NCBI GenBank assembly: GCA_963823665.1
Contig: CAWGMQ010000007.1
Location: 160,001 to 224,000 of the forward strand
From: an uncultured Planctomycetota bacterium
GTDB taxonomy: Bacteria > Planctomycetota > Planctomycetia > Isosphaerales > Isosphaeraceae
Length of the DNA stretch: 64,000 bases
Direction: 5' to 3'
The position numbers and the translations under genes were made by a program. Below the pieces are notes generated by a model that had not been told where the DNA came from, searched no databases, and saw only the letters and a list, made by a program, of their open reading frames with translations. Positions 42,403-52,003 of the stretch are shown one piece after another; positions within the stretch are counted from its first letter, which is position 1, and each line of letters begins with the position of its first letter.

Positions 42403-43425
42403 TCAAGAACGCAGCATGGCCATGGTCCGCCAAAACTGCTCGAGGCTTTCGGTGCCTCCGAACAAAGTGGTGAAGATTGTCGAGTCGGCGAGCAGGATAT
42501 CGCCGCCGCGTGTACCTTTTGGCGGCATCCAGATGAATGAATTAAACTCTCGATTCCCCGCAGCGGTGAATGGATGTGGCCGGGACAGGTCGATCGGCTG
42601 TCGCGCCAAAACATGAATGGAGTTCGTAGCTTCTGTTGTCAGCGCATAGTGCGGCAGATGCAGATGGAAGTTGAACGTGGTCACTCCATTCAGCAAACCT
42701 AGTTCGTCCAGATCCTTGTTGATGGAAAGGGGGGCGATCTGATCGGTTCCCTGCACGACGGCAGGCCGCAGCCCGAACTGATTGAGTACGGGCACTTCGA
42801 GTCCGTGCATCAGCGAGCGCGTGTACTGGCCGAATCGCTGCTGGCGCGGCACGAGCTCGTCGCCGTGATGCTTGTACTCCATCTGGCGCTGCTTCATGTC
42901 GCTGGTGAAGCCGACATCGTGATGCGGTGCCAGGATCAGGCATGTGCCTTGCCGATCGAGCCACTCGCGGATGGCGTCGATCTCCACCTGCTCGGCTTCC
43001 TGCTCGGAGACGAGGTGGTCCAGGCCGAACACCATCAACGTGTCCGTGTCTGCAAGAACTCTCTCATCGATCAGGAGCTTGTACCCTGCCTGATCGATGC
43101 GTTGGTAAACAGCCACTGGATGATCGGTCGTCTCACCCACGATCTGCTGGAAAGCGAGGGTGGAGCGATGGAACAACTCCAGGGTACCAGCGATCCCTTG
43201 GAGGAAGTTCGTCCTATCCCACTCGGCACCCTCGAAGCTCGGCCAGCCGACCCGACGGACCTCGGTCATGGTCGAGAAACGATTGTCAAGGTCGGTCGGG
43301 TCGCGGTTCGCTTCCCAGGGATAGCTCCACGTCCAGTAGATGCTGAAACGTCGTCTACCCGGTGTGTACGGCCGCGATGCGTGGTTCTGGTTATAAGTTC
43401 GACCGGTCTGGTTAGTCGCTCCCAT
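42403..43425 (-). CDS. Hypothetical cytoplasmic protein (340 aa), DyP-adjacent
   Basis: Intact ORF with normal composition, 28 nt downstream of the DyP gene on the same strand; His/Asp motifs GLDH, APHHD, FNFHLHLPHY. Confidence 0.8.
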   Translation of the reverse strand: MGATNQTGRTYNQNHASRPYTPGRRRFSIYWTWSYPWEANRDPTDLDNRFSTMTEVRRVGWPSFEGAEWDRTNFLQGIAGTLELFHRSTLAFQQIVGETTDHPVAVYQRIDQAGYKLLIDERVLADTDTLMVFGLDHLVSEQEAEQVEIDAIREWLDRQGTCLILAPHHDVGFTSDMKQRQMEYKHHGDELVPRQQRFGQYTRSLMHGLEVPVLNQFGLRPAVVQGTDQIAPLSINKDLDELGLLNGVTTFNFHLHLPHYALTTEATNSIHVLARQPIDLSRPHPFTAAGNREFNSFIWMPPKGTRGGDILLADSTIFTTLFGGTESLEQFWRTMAMLRS

Positions 43426-43452
43426 TCCTGTGTCCTTCCGCAGTTTGGTTAT

Positions 43453-44790
43453 TCAGTGCTGACTCGGGCGGCCATCGGAGAGCGTCGCAAGGTATCGGAG
43501 CGCGCTCAGGCCGGGCAAGAAGAAGTACGCTCCTCCTCGGACGGTTGTGAATGCCGGAAGCCCCGTGATTTTCTTGCGGATCGGTCGCTTGGGGATCTTG
43601 AATTCCAGCGTGCCGTCCTGGTTGCCGATGATCGGATCGCGCTCATTGGCGAGTTCATGGAAGTTCTTATCATTGGCCCACACGTTTTGCGCGAACTCGA
43701 ACTGCCGGATCAGGCTCGCGCAGATCACGAAGGCCGCGATCCCGCGCTCCTGGCCGTCCTCCGGCGCGTCTTCCGGCAGATGCGGCCCATAGGTGGCTCC
43801 GCGCCGGATCATGCGGCGCCGGTTCATGTTCGCGGCCGTGTCCCGCGGGTTCATCCGGCGCATGTGCGATCCCAGCGGCACGGCGTAACCGTGCGGGTCC
43901 GATTCCTTGTAATTGAAGTCGTTGTTCCTCTGCGGATCGGCCCCGAGGACAGGATCGTCCTTCTCCGGTGCCAGAACAAGCGGGGCGCCGCTTCGCCAGC
44001 GGCCCATGAGCTTGGCGGCGATCAGTTCCTGCTCCTCCGGCGTCTGGCCGTGCTCGCGCAGGAAGTCTCGGAACGCCCCCACGTGCTCCTCCATGCGGCG
44101 GTAGGCCGCGTAGCTACCGTTGTGGCGGAGAATTTCCGGCTCGGGTTGGCCCGCCACGTAGCCGTCTTCGTCGGGGTAGCCGAGGATGAATTCGCCCGCC
44201 TTGAGCGGACCGCCCGAGCCGGGCGTCGGCTCGTCGCCCGAGCCCTCGATGATCGGCTGCGACAGCCGGTCACGGTAACCGAAGTGGTCGTGGGCGTAGT
44301 CGAGTGGCGGAGTGGCGTCGAGCTCGAGCGACGAGAGCAACTCCACTCCCTCGCATCGCGCGACGAGTTCTCGGTGCTCTGACTGGCAGCGCTCGCGCTC
44401 CGCACAATCGCGGGTAAAGAGTATGGCGATGGCGTGGAGGTCCGGGCTGGCCAGTCCTCCCACCCAATGGTCGGGTCGATTTGCACCCGTGTCGCCCAGG
44501 ATCTCCGCCCGGGCGACCATGCCCTGCTTGAATTCTTCTGGAAACGTGTCCAGCGATGCCGCGTCTACCCCAAGAGCCCGCAGACCGTTCCAGGTGAAGC
44601 CCACAGTCACCCAGCGCCTCTCTTCGGTGACCGAGGCGCGAGCAAGGGCAGCCGATTGCACCGTCGGCAAGATACCCGTGAGCCACGCCTGCCCGGCAGA
44701 AGGATTGCGAAAGGACAGGAACTCATAGCACGCCGCCAGCGCCGGTGCCCGGGCGAGCAGGATGTGTTGAATGTCGTCGAGTTCCAGCAT
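43453..44790 (-). CDS. DyP-type heme peroxidase
   Basis: LELDDIQ N-terminus; HFGYRDRLSQP (GxxDG-like); GEFILGY; NGSYAAYRRMEEHV; proximal GSHMRRMNPR; distal IRRGATYG; start ATG 44790. Confidence 0.9.
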   Translation of the reverse strand: MLELDDIQHILLARAPALAACYEFLSFRNPSAGQAWLTGILPTVQSAALARASVTEERRWVTVGFTWNGLRALGVDAASLDTFPEEFKQGMVARAEILGDTGANRPDHWVGGLASPDLHAIAILFTRDCAERERCQSEHRELVARCEGVELLSSLELDATPPLDYAHDHFGYRDRLSQPIIEGSGDEPTPGSGGPLKAGEFILGYPDEDGYVAGQPEPEILRHNGSYAAYRRMEEHVGAFRDFLREHGQTPEEQELIAAKLMGRWRSGAPLVLAPEKDDPVLGADPQRNNDFNYKESDPHGYAVPLGSHMRRMNPRDTAANMNRRRMIRRGATYGPHLPEDAPEDGQERGIAAFVICASLIRQFEFAQNVWANDKNFHELANERDPIIGNQDGTLEFKIPKRPIRKKITGLPAFTTVRGGAYFFLPGLSALRYLATLSDGRPSQH

Positions 44791-44809
44791 GTCGCATCGA
44801 CCCCATGAA

Positions 44810-45361
44810 CTACTGCATCTGGTCGAGCATCGTGGAGAATGCCGCCTTGAGCCTGAGCGCCTTCTTGATCTCGTCGGCACTCACGTAGGGATACTCCCCG
44901 TATTCGAGGAAGCTCGGGCACTGGTGCTCCCGGACGAATTTGATGAAGGCCGCGGGGTTCGACTTCCAATCCTCAGGGAACCCTTCGAGGTTCTCGAAGA
45001 CCGTGTTGATGCCGTATTTCGCGAAGAGGGCCACGGCGTCCTCGGTGTACTTATCGAAGTCGGTGTCGAAGATGCCCTGATACATGAAGTATGTTTCCCT
45101 ACCGATGTCGAAGAGCACCCAGCGCAGGTAGTGCAGCTTGAGCACCTCGAGCGCGTCGGGAAGGCCGGCGATGGTGTCCTCGATCTTCTTTCCATACGAG
45201 CGGATGGTCTGCTCCGTGCCGGGCTTGATCTTGGCGATGATCGTGAAGCCATAGCACGCGGGAGTCTTGGGGAAAATAGGCCCGTATCGTCCCTGTTCTT
45301 CCTCGAAGAATCCCTCCTTCGGGATCGCCTTGGCGGCGGGCTTTGTCCAGTCGTGCTGCAT
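44810..45361 (-). CDS. Hypothetical protein (183 aa), DyP-adjacent
   Basis: Start ATG 45361; LKLHYLRWVLFD...YQGIFDTDFDKYTED...FENLEGFP; stops 20 nt before the DyP gene. Confidence 0.8.
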   Translation of the reverse strand: MQHDWTKPAAKAIPKEGFFEEEQGRYGPIFPKTPACYGFTIIAKIKPGTEQTIRSYGKKIEDTIAGLPDALEVLKLHYLRWVLFDIGRETYFMYQGIFDTDFDKYTEDAVALFAKYGINTVFENLEGFPEDWKSNPAAFIKFVREHQCPSFLEYGEYPYVSADEIKKALRLKAAFSTMLDQMQ

Positions 45362-45442
45362 GTCAGCCTTCCTGCCTTTCTTGTCGCGGGCTTTCGCCCG
45401 GTGTTGGTTGATTCCCGGGTCGTTCATTGGACTGGAGCGGTG

Positions 45443-45498
45443 GGAGAGTCTCCAGGTGCATCTCGGGGAGTCTGGGCTAAGGGGTCCGTTACTGTCCC
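45443..45498. repeat. 56-bp direct repeat with 50178-50233 (hdeD stop region and downstream leader)
   Basis: ggagagtctccaggtgcatctcggggag(t/a)ctgggctaaggggtcc(gtt/atc)actgtccc, 53/56 identical. Confidence 0.9.
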
Positions 45499-46085
45499 AA
45501 CGCCATTTGCGGAAGCCGCTTGAGTGCAAAGCCGACCATCAGCCACGACACACCTCGAAAGATAAGACTGATGCCTACGAGCACGCCGATGATCACGAGC
45601 CCCGACATCGGAAGCTCTCGCCAGATCATCACGCCGAGGACGACGTCGATCACGCCGCTGAGGAGCAGCCAGCCCCAGCCGCCGAACCGATGAGCCAGGG
45701 CCGCGACGGCCTTGATGATGCCGCCCATGAACAGAAAACTTGCCAGCAGGATCGTCAGCGTGATCCCCCCCTGGATCGGGTTGCCCAGCAGCATCAACCC
45801 GACCACGACGCCCAGGATGCCCGAGAGCAGGGCGATGAAGAACCCGCTCCACTCCTGACACCAGAACGCGCCGACGACCTCCATTCCGCCTCCGATGAGA
45901 ATCAAGACGCCGAGCGCCGTCACGGTCGCGAGGGTGGCGACCACCGGAGATCCGAGGAGGATCGTCCCGAGCACGATCAGGGCAATCCCCAGCGCGACCA
46001 ACCACATCCATTTGCCTCGGATCGCCTGCAGCTCATGACGGATGGCTTTGCGCAGCGGTGTATGGGGGACGCCCGCGGTACTCAT
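45489..46085 (-). CDS. HdeD/DUF308 family membrane protein
   Basis: Six hydrophobic segments; WMWLVALGIALIVLG...GWGWLLLSG...IGVLVGISLIFRG; GGAGG RBS. Confidence 0.88.
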   Translation of the reverse strand: MSTAGVPHTPLRKAIRHELQAIRGKWMWLVALGIALIVLGTILLGSPVVATLATVTALGVLILIGGGMEVVGAFWCQEWSGFFIALLSGILGVVVGLMLLGNPIQGGITLTILLASFLFMGGIIKAVAALAHRFGGWGWLLLSGVIDVVLGVMIWRELPMSGLVIIGVLVGISLIFRGVSWLMVGFALKRLPQMALGQ

Positions 46086-46172
46086 GATTAACCTCCAGAT
46101 ATCTCGAAGAGGAGCAGGATTTCTACCAGTTTCGGATCGGCCGAATTCCCCTCAAGTCGGAGGCGCCGGCGT

Positions 46173-47942
46173 TCAGTGGGTGAAGAGCAACCCCTGATCC
46201 TCGGCACCCGTCCCGATGACGCGGAAGCTCCACTTGTCGTCGGCTTGCCACGAGACACGGCCGACCAGCGCCCCGGCGTCTCCTTCCTGAGCCAGCGTTA
46301 GCAGATTGTTGGTCAGCGACCATTTCCCGGTGAGTTGGCTGGGCTTACCCTTGGCGGTGACTTTCCAGGAGAACGTCTCGTCGTCCCCGATCCGCAGGTC
46401 GATCGTCGTATCACCGGCCGGGCGGGCGGTCCAGTTTCCGGCCAGATTCCCTTGCTTGGCGATTGTCGCCACCGGAGGCGAAGCCGCCGTTGCCGCCGAG
46501 GTGTCTGGTGCCGTTCGCGCCGCCGAGAACTGCTTGACGAGCTGGGCCGAGAGTGTGTCCTGAGGAGCCAGGGCCACGACATGCTTGAGCTGACTCACAG
46601 CCTCCTCGGTGTGGCCCTGGGTCAGGTAGTGGTAAGCCAGCACGAAACGGCCGGACGTCGAGTTCGGATTCGCGGAAATGAACGCCTCCAGCTTGCGGAG
46701 CTGGCTGGTGTACACGTCGATGTTCGGGTAGAGACCGGCCATGGTCGTCCAGTCCCAGCCAGGTCCGACCGAGAGCACGGCGTAAAGCGGCCCCGCCGCG
46801 AGGTCGTACTTCCCGACCGCGAAGAGGACCAGTGCCCGGAACTCGTGAAGCGTAGCGTCGTTCTGAAGGACCTGCAGCGCCTCATCGGTGAGATGGAGGG
46901 CCCCGGCGTAATCGCCGCTGCCAAAGGCCGCACGCGCCGACTCAAATTTCGCGATGGCGGGATTGGCGACCTCGTCAGGGGGCGGTGCCGATTGCGTATC
47001 GATGGGTTGACTGTAGTCATAGGTGTAGGCGGGCAGGGTCACCGTTTGCGGCTCACCTCCGGCGACGGTCTGCTCAATCACGATCGGCTGCACCACCGTC
47101 TCCGCGGCGTAATAGGGGTTCGCGTAGCTGGCGTAGCCCCAGTTGTAGAAGGACGAGCCCAGGGCCCAGGCGGATACTCCGGTCGCGGCCCCCAACGCAA
47201 ACGAACCCCATCCCCAGTTATTGTTGTCATGGTAGCCATGCCAGTAACCGTTGGCCCATCCCTGGTGATAGCCCCAGTACGCGCCACGCCATCCGTTGTA
47301 GGCGGGTGGGCGAGCTCCGTAACCCGGGTCCACGGGTCGATTGATGTTCGCGCCGCCTCCCGGCCGGCTATCGATGCCCGGGCGATTGCCGATCCCCGGC
47401 CGGTTGTCGATGCCAGGTCGATTGCCGATCCCCGGCCGGTTGTCGATGCCAGGTCGATTGCCGATCCCCGGTCGGTTGTCGATGCCAGGCCGATTGCCGA
47501 TTCCGGGCTGTCCACCCACGCCGGGCCGATTGCCGATGCCGGGTTGGCCACCTACACCGGGTCGATTGCCGATGCCGGGCTGTCCACCCACGCCGGGCCG
47601 ATTGCCCAGACCAGGACCGGAGGGAAGAGTTGAAGGACGTCCGGCGCCGGGGCCTGCTCCCGGTCGGCCGACACCACCCGAAGGCCTGCTGGGAAGAGTC
47701 GAAGGGCGGCCGCCCGCTCCGCCGCCCATCGCCGGCCGCTGAGCCGGTCTGGGGCTGCTGACCGCCGGGCTACGAGAGAAGCCCCCGCCCCCGCCGCGAG
47801 ACACCCCGCCGCCGCGGCCCCCACCGCCGCCACGGCCGCCGCCGCCTCCACCACGCCCTCCACGCTGGGCGGTGGCCGCCGGAATCACAAATGCGAGTAC
47901 GACGGCTATTAACAGGAACCCTCTGACCAATCGGGGTAGCAT
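46173..47942 (-). CDS. Secreted protein with Gly/Arg-rich RPG repeats, Tyr/Trp-rich segment, TPR region and C-terminal beta-domain
   Basis: Signal peptide ...IPAATAQ; RPGVGGQPGIGN and RPGIDNRPGIGN tandem repeats (~47365-47605); ARAAFGSGDY...LHEFRALVLFAVGKY...GPGWDWTTM. Confidence 0.8.
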   Translation of the reverse strand: MLPRLVRGFLLIAVVLAFVIPAATAQRGGRGGGGGGRGGGGGRGGGVSRGGGGGFSRSPAVSSPRPAQRPAMGGGAGGRPSTLPSRPSGGVGRPGAGPGAGRPSTLPSGPGLGNRPGVGGQPGIGNRPGVGGQPGIGNRPGVGGQPGIGNRPGIDNRPGIGNRPGIDNRPGIGNRPGIDNRPGIGNRPGIDSRPGGGANINRPVDPGYGARPPAYNGWRGAYWGYHQGWANGYWHGYHDNNNWGWGSFALGAATGVSAWALGSSFYNWGYASYANPYYAAETVVQPIVIEQTVAGGEPQTVTLPAYTYDYSQPIDTQSAPPPDEVANPAIAKFESARAAFGSGDYAGALHLTDEALQVLQNDATLHEFRALVLFAVGKYDLAAGPLYAVLSVGPGWDWTTMAGLYPNIDVYTSQLRKLEAFISANPNSTSGRFVLAYHYLTQGHTEEAVSQLKHVVALAPQDTLSAQLVKQFSAARTAPDTSAATAASPPVATIAKQGNLAGNWTARPAGDTTIDLRIGDDETFSWKVTAKGKPSQLTGKWSLTNNLLTLAQEGDAGALVGRVSWQADDKWSFRVIGTGAEDQGLLFTH

Positions 47943-48006
47943 CGCTCTTCTCCTGGGGCCTGGAGCCGATGTCTAGGCTGACCGGATAACGGCCAAATGT
48001 ATGGGA

Positions 48007-48969
48007 TCACTTGCCGGGCAGTGGAGCACGTCGGACCAGGTAGAACTGATCGGCGCCAGGCACGACTTCGCCGCCGATCGTTCGTTCCAATGTCTCCCAG
48101 AGGATCCGGTCCTTACCGAGCGCCGTGAACGCGTTCGTGGTTGAGACCGATTGTCCGTCCGAGCGGACTCCCGACGCCTTGTTGATCCAGCGGTCCCCGT
48201 CGCGCGACAGCAACCCCACGGCAAAGCCGCCCCGGTCATCGAAGACCCACGTCCGGAACTGCTTCCGCTCTGCGTCCCAGCCGATGCGCTGGGTGCCGCT
48301 CAGGGCGATGCGCCCCTCAACCTTGACGTCGAACTCCCGGAGCAGAAAGTTGCCGTTATCCGACCACTTGCAGTTAGTCTTGACGATCCCGTCGTCGCTC
48401 TCGTTGACCCACTCGCCGAGCATCCATTCCAGTTGCAGGAGCTGCTCGTGCGGGGAGACCTCGTCGGGCTGCTCGTCGCGGATCCTGGCGTGGAGCCAGC
48501 GACCGTCCTGCCGGGCGTAGATCACGCTGTACGGGTTCGTCTCTGGAGGTACTCCAGCACCCGTCGTGATGGTCGCCGTTCCCTCCTCGATGGCGACATC
48601 TTTTCCGAGGAACCGCAGGGAGTCGGTGTTCACGGCGAGCCTGTGTCCACCGTCTTCCTGGAAAATCTCCGAGAACCGACTGACGATGGCGTCGCGGCCT
48701 CGCGTGATCTCGCCGTCCTCGTCCTCGATCTCAGCTTCCGGGGTGAACAGGGCACCAAGCGTCTTCGCGTCCTTTTCGTTGTAGGCCTTGACGAACGAGG
48801 CGAGCAGCTCGGTGATGGCACGGATGTCACGCTCCCTCTCCGGTGATGCCGCGACCTGTTCGCCGGGCTTTGCCGGGTCGGGCTCCCGCGTCCGGGGGTG
48901 CTGGGCCGCGACCAAGCCCAGGGTTGCGAAGAGTGCCAGGAATCCCAAGGTTGCCGCGTGGACTTTCAT
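48007..48969 (-). CDS. Secreted SgcJ/EcaC (SnoaL/NTF2-like, DUF4440) domain protein
   Basis: Signal peptide; FVKAYNEKDAKTLGALFTPEAE...GRDAI...VAIEEG...RQDGRWL; second domain LQLEWMLGEW. Confidence 0.8.
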   Translation of the reverse strand: MKVHAATLGFLALFATLGLVAAQHPRTREPDPAKPGEQVAASPERERDIRAITELLASFVKAYNEKDAKTLGALFTPEAEIEDEDGEITRGRDAIVSRFSEIFQEDGGHRLAVNTDSLRFLGKDVAIEEGTATITTGAGVPPETNPYSVIYARQDGRWLHARIRDEQPDEVSPHEQLLQLEWMLGEWVNESDDGIVKTNCKWSDNGNFLLREFDVKVEGRIALSGTQRIGWDAERKQFRTWVFDDRGGFAVGLLSRDGDRWINKASGVRSDGQSVSTTNAFTALGKDRILWETLERTIGGEVVPGADQFYLVRRAPLPGK

Positions 48970-49118
48970 GATCGATCACTCCGGAGGACCCCCAGAATGT
49001 GTAGCTTGGTCATCGTCATTCCTCCTGTCTCTCGAGCTCCCGGCAGATTTCGAGTCTGGTTCGGTTCCAGGCCCACAATGAAATCGCTCAAGGATTCTGC
49101 CGAGAAAAGATCTCGGGA

Positions 49119-50177
49119 TCACTCCGAACCACCTTCGACGCGTTTCAACGAACGTGCCGGAGTTGACCTGCGGCTAGCGACTTCAGTTTCCAGGTTCGGC
49201 CTTTGTTCCTCCGGACCGCCGACCGGGAGGGACCGACGGGCTCTCATGTGAAGGACCAGGTCGCCGAGCAATCGAGCGGGAAGCTGATCGTAGGACCGGC
49301 GCACTTCGTGGAAGGTGAAGACGAGGAGGTCCAGATCTCCCCTCATATTCAGACCGCCGGGCTCGCCAGGGGCTGCTTCCTGGAACACCTCGGGCGCCGG
49401 ACTGAACACGGTTTCGAGGAGTGGAGAGGCCCACACGCCGTGCCGCTCGTTGCCGGGGACGTAAACCGGCTGTTCGAGTGTGATCGGGCGATCCAGCACC
49501 CACCCGGTCACAGGCGGGAACAGCAAGGCGGTCAGAGGAAAGCTCGCCAGGTACTCCCAGTCGCCAATCCGGACTGGCTCGGAGAGTGCCAGCCCCTCCG
49601 ACCGGAACGCCTTCTCCGTGAGCTCCAGACAGTACAACGAGTCGTCGTCCATGCGGAAGCCATTGTCGAAGGGAACCTGCCGCTCGTACGCGCTACGGCA
49701 ATATCCGATCACTCCGGCAATGTGCTCGCGGTGCCCTAGCTTTATCCGTTTCACCCCCAGTGGTCCCAGGCTGTCGAGCATCCAGACCTCGAAAGGCTGG
49801 CGCTGGATTCCTGCGGACGAGCAGTCATAAACGACCGGCGATCCGTCCTCGATCGCGACGATGCCGGTGTGCGAGAAGGGGCTGCCGGTCGCGCGAGCGA
49901 TGAACCGCCTGAGGGGAACCATTCCGCGCACGACACGCGCATCGCCGAGCCGGAAGACGATGTCTCCCGAGCGGAGCACCTCGCGTCCCCATCGATTCCA
50001 GCGGTCCATCTCCGGATTGGACTGAAGCGGCGGGAGATTCCCGGCCGAGCGGGCGCGGGTCGCTGCCGGTCCCCAGTAATTTCCAGGCCAGGAGGGCGGT
50101 CTCATCCAGTCGGTCGGTTCCGCCGCACCCGGTTCGTACGTCGCCAACGCAATCATCCAGCAGATGAAATGGAGCAC
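49119..50177 (-). CDS. YiiX/YebB-like permuted papain (NlpC/P60) amidase
   Basis: LRSGDIVFR, PFSHTGIV (His before Cys) and LYCLELTEKAF. Confidence 0.82.
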   Translation of the reverse strand: MLHFICWMIALATYEPGAAEPTDWMRPPSWPGNYWGPAATRARSAGNLPPLQSNPEMDRWNRWGREVLRSGDIVFRLGDARVVRGMVPLRRFIARATGSPFSHTGIVAIEDGSPVVYDCSSAGIQRQPFEVWMLDSLGPLGVKRIKLGHREHIAGVIGYCRSAYERQVPFDNGFRMDDDSLYCLELTEKAFRSEGLALSEPVRIGDWEYLASFPLTALLFPPVTGWVLDRPITLEQPVYVPGNERHGVWASPLLETVFSPAPEVFQEAAPGEPGGLNMRGDLDLLVFTFHEVRRSYDQLPARLLGDLVLHMRARRSLPVGGPEEQRPNLETEVASRRSTPARSLKRVEGGSE

Positions 50178-50620
50178 GGAGAGTCTCCAGGTGCATCTCG
50201 GGGAGACTGGGCTAAGGGGTCCATCACTGTCCCCAGGCCTTTGATGCTGCTGGGGGAGCCTCCGTGCACGGAAATGACTCTGAGCTCGGTTTCTGTACGG
50301 GGGTCAAGCCGGTTCAAGGTCTACCGGCGATTGGGAGCAAAGTCCCACGAATTGGCACATGAGTGATCGCTGGATCGTGTCGGAGCTTTCCGCTGAGGAG
50401 AACCCGCTCGAATTTCAGCCTGACCGCAAGTGGCTGGACAGGAAATATGGGCGCGTGTGTAGCCTCCGGCACACGCAGTCCCCACCCGTCTAGTCACCAC
50501 TCAAAGACCAAGCTCTGGGGTCGCTGACGGCCTCTTCGCCTCGCGATTTCTCCCGACATGATTCTCTTCGGCGATTAACCTACCACAGACCGTACTCCGA
50601 AAGATAGTGGGTTGGTTCGT

Positions 50621-50656
50621 GTGTGTCCTGAGGGGCCAATGCCACAACGTGCTTGA
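50621..50656 (-). repeat. 36-bp diverged copy of an internal piece (46553-46588) of the TPR gene
   Basis: Both encode KHVVALAPQDT; 31/36 nt identical. Confidence 0.7.
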
Positions 50657-50680
50657 TGTGATCGCGCGGCCACTCTTCTT

Positions 50681-51775
50681 TCACTCCCCGGCCATCAGCC
50701 GAGCCAGGGGACGTGTGAGTGCGACGTTCTCGAACACGATCTTTACCATCACCGTCAAAGGCACGGCCAGTACCATCCCGACAACCCCCCAGCACAGGCC
50801 CCAGAACGCAAGCGCCACCAGAACCACGACCGGACTGAGGTTCACGGCATGAGCGGTCAGCCGTGGTTCGATGAAGTTGTTGGTCACGAAGTGCACGAGC
50901 AGGAGCAGCGCCAGAACTGCCAGAGGGCGCCAGGGCGGCTCCAGCTCGAGTATTGTCAGCAAGACCGGTAGCGCCAGGGCGACCAGGCTACCGACGTAGG
51001 GGATAAAATTGCCGATGAAGGCCAGAACGCCCCACGTGCCGGGAAACGACACACCGAAGCTCCAGAGAATGGCCACGACGGGTAGAGCCATGGCCAGGCT
51101 GGAGAGCACCTTGGCTCGGAGGTATGAAGCCATGGCGCGGTTGATCGACTCGATGATCGCGAGCACGTGGTCAGCTCGTTCCTGAGGGAACCCAGTCCGG
51201 ACCCGCGCGGAAAAGCGATTGGCTTCGAGCATCAGGAACACGAGGTAGAACACGACGACGAGCGCCTCGGCGAAGAAACTGGCCGCGACGTTTACCAGGC
51301 TGGAGCCGAGCGCCATGAGCCGCGCGGTGGTCTCCGTCTCGGCCCGAGCCCTGTCCCGGATGGGATCGAGGAGCCAGGCGGGCAACTGGCCCCGGCCCCA
51401 GGTGCGGAGTCGTTCGATCAGCCCCTCGCCTCGCTCGATCAGGATGGGCAGCTCGGACTTGAGGTCCACGAGGTTGCCGTAGATGACCACGGCCAGCCCG
51501 AGCACCACCGCCGCCATGAGCAGCGCCAGGAGCGGACCGGAAAGCTTCGCCGGGACCCTCCGGCGCAACGCGCGGTGAGCCGGCAGGATCGTGTAGGCCA
51601 GGAACACGGCCAGAATCAGGGGACGGAGCAGCGGAGCCAGTTCCTTGAGCAGGTACCAGCTTCCCGCCGCGCACAGCACGGCCGCGGCCACCGTGTACAG
51701 CGGGATCAGGTCAGGCCGCGATTGAGCCGCCGGGCCCTCCACGACCACTCCAGGTACGTCCTCGCTGGGCTGCAT
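50681..51775 (-). CDS. AI-2E family transporter
   Basis: GGAGG then ATG 51775; LAFIGNFIPYVGS, NFIEPRL, WGLCWGVVGMVLAVPLT. Confidence 0.9.
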   Translation of the reverse strand: MQPSEDVPGVVVEGPAAQSRPDLIPLYTVAAAVLCAAGSWYLLKELAPLLRPLILAVFLAYTILPAHRALRRRVPAKLSGPLLALLMAAVVLGLAVVIYGNLVDLKSELPILIERGEGLIERLRTWGRGQLPAWLLDPIRDRARAETETTARLMALGSSLVNVAASFFAEALVVVFYLVFLMLEANRFSARVRTGFPQERADHVLAIIESINRAMASYLRAKVLSSLAMALPVVAILWSFGVSFPGTWGVLAFIGNFIPYVGSLVALALPVLLTILELEPPWRPLAVLALLLLVHFVTNNFIEPRLTAHAVNLSPVVVLVALAFWGLCWGVVGMVLAVPLTVMVKIVFENVALTRPLARLMAGE

Positions 51776-52003
51776 CGCGTTTCGAACCTCCGTCGCGTGA
51801 ACCGCGACGAACCGGGCTTGGGACGCAACGACATCACGGATGGTCTGGCGCGAAACCAAGTCGGGGAAGAAGATCACGAATGAGATCGGGTATGCGCGAG
51901 GTCATGTCAAGTTTGAATACCGTCGAATACTATATCGGCAGCCAGTCCAGGAATGTAGTCGTTGGTATCCCTTCACTCGCCCTGATTACAGCGGAGCCAA
52001 TCG

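Noticed and set aside
43453..43500. Encapsulin cargo-loading peptide on the DyP
   Set aside because: The C-terminus (ATLSDGRPSQH) lacks a GSLxIGSL-like motif, and no encapsulin gene is recognisable.
42805..44382. Long antisense ORFs (this one, and e.g. 53243-54784, 6217-7392, 39684-41354)
   Set aside because: Shadow frames of well-supported genes in high-GC DNA, with no motifs of their own.
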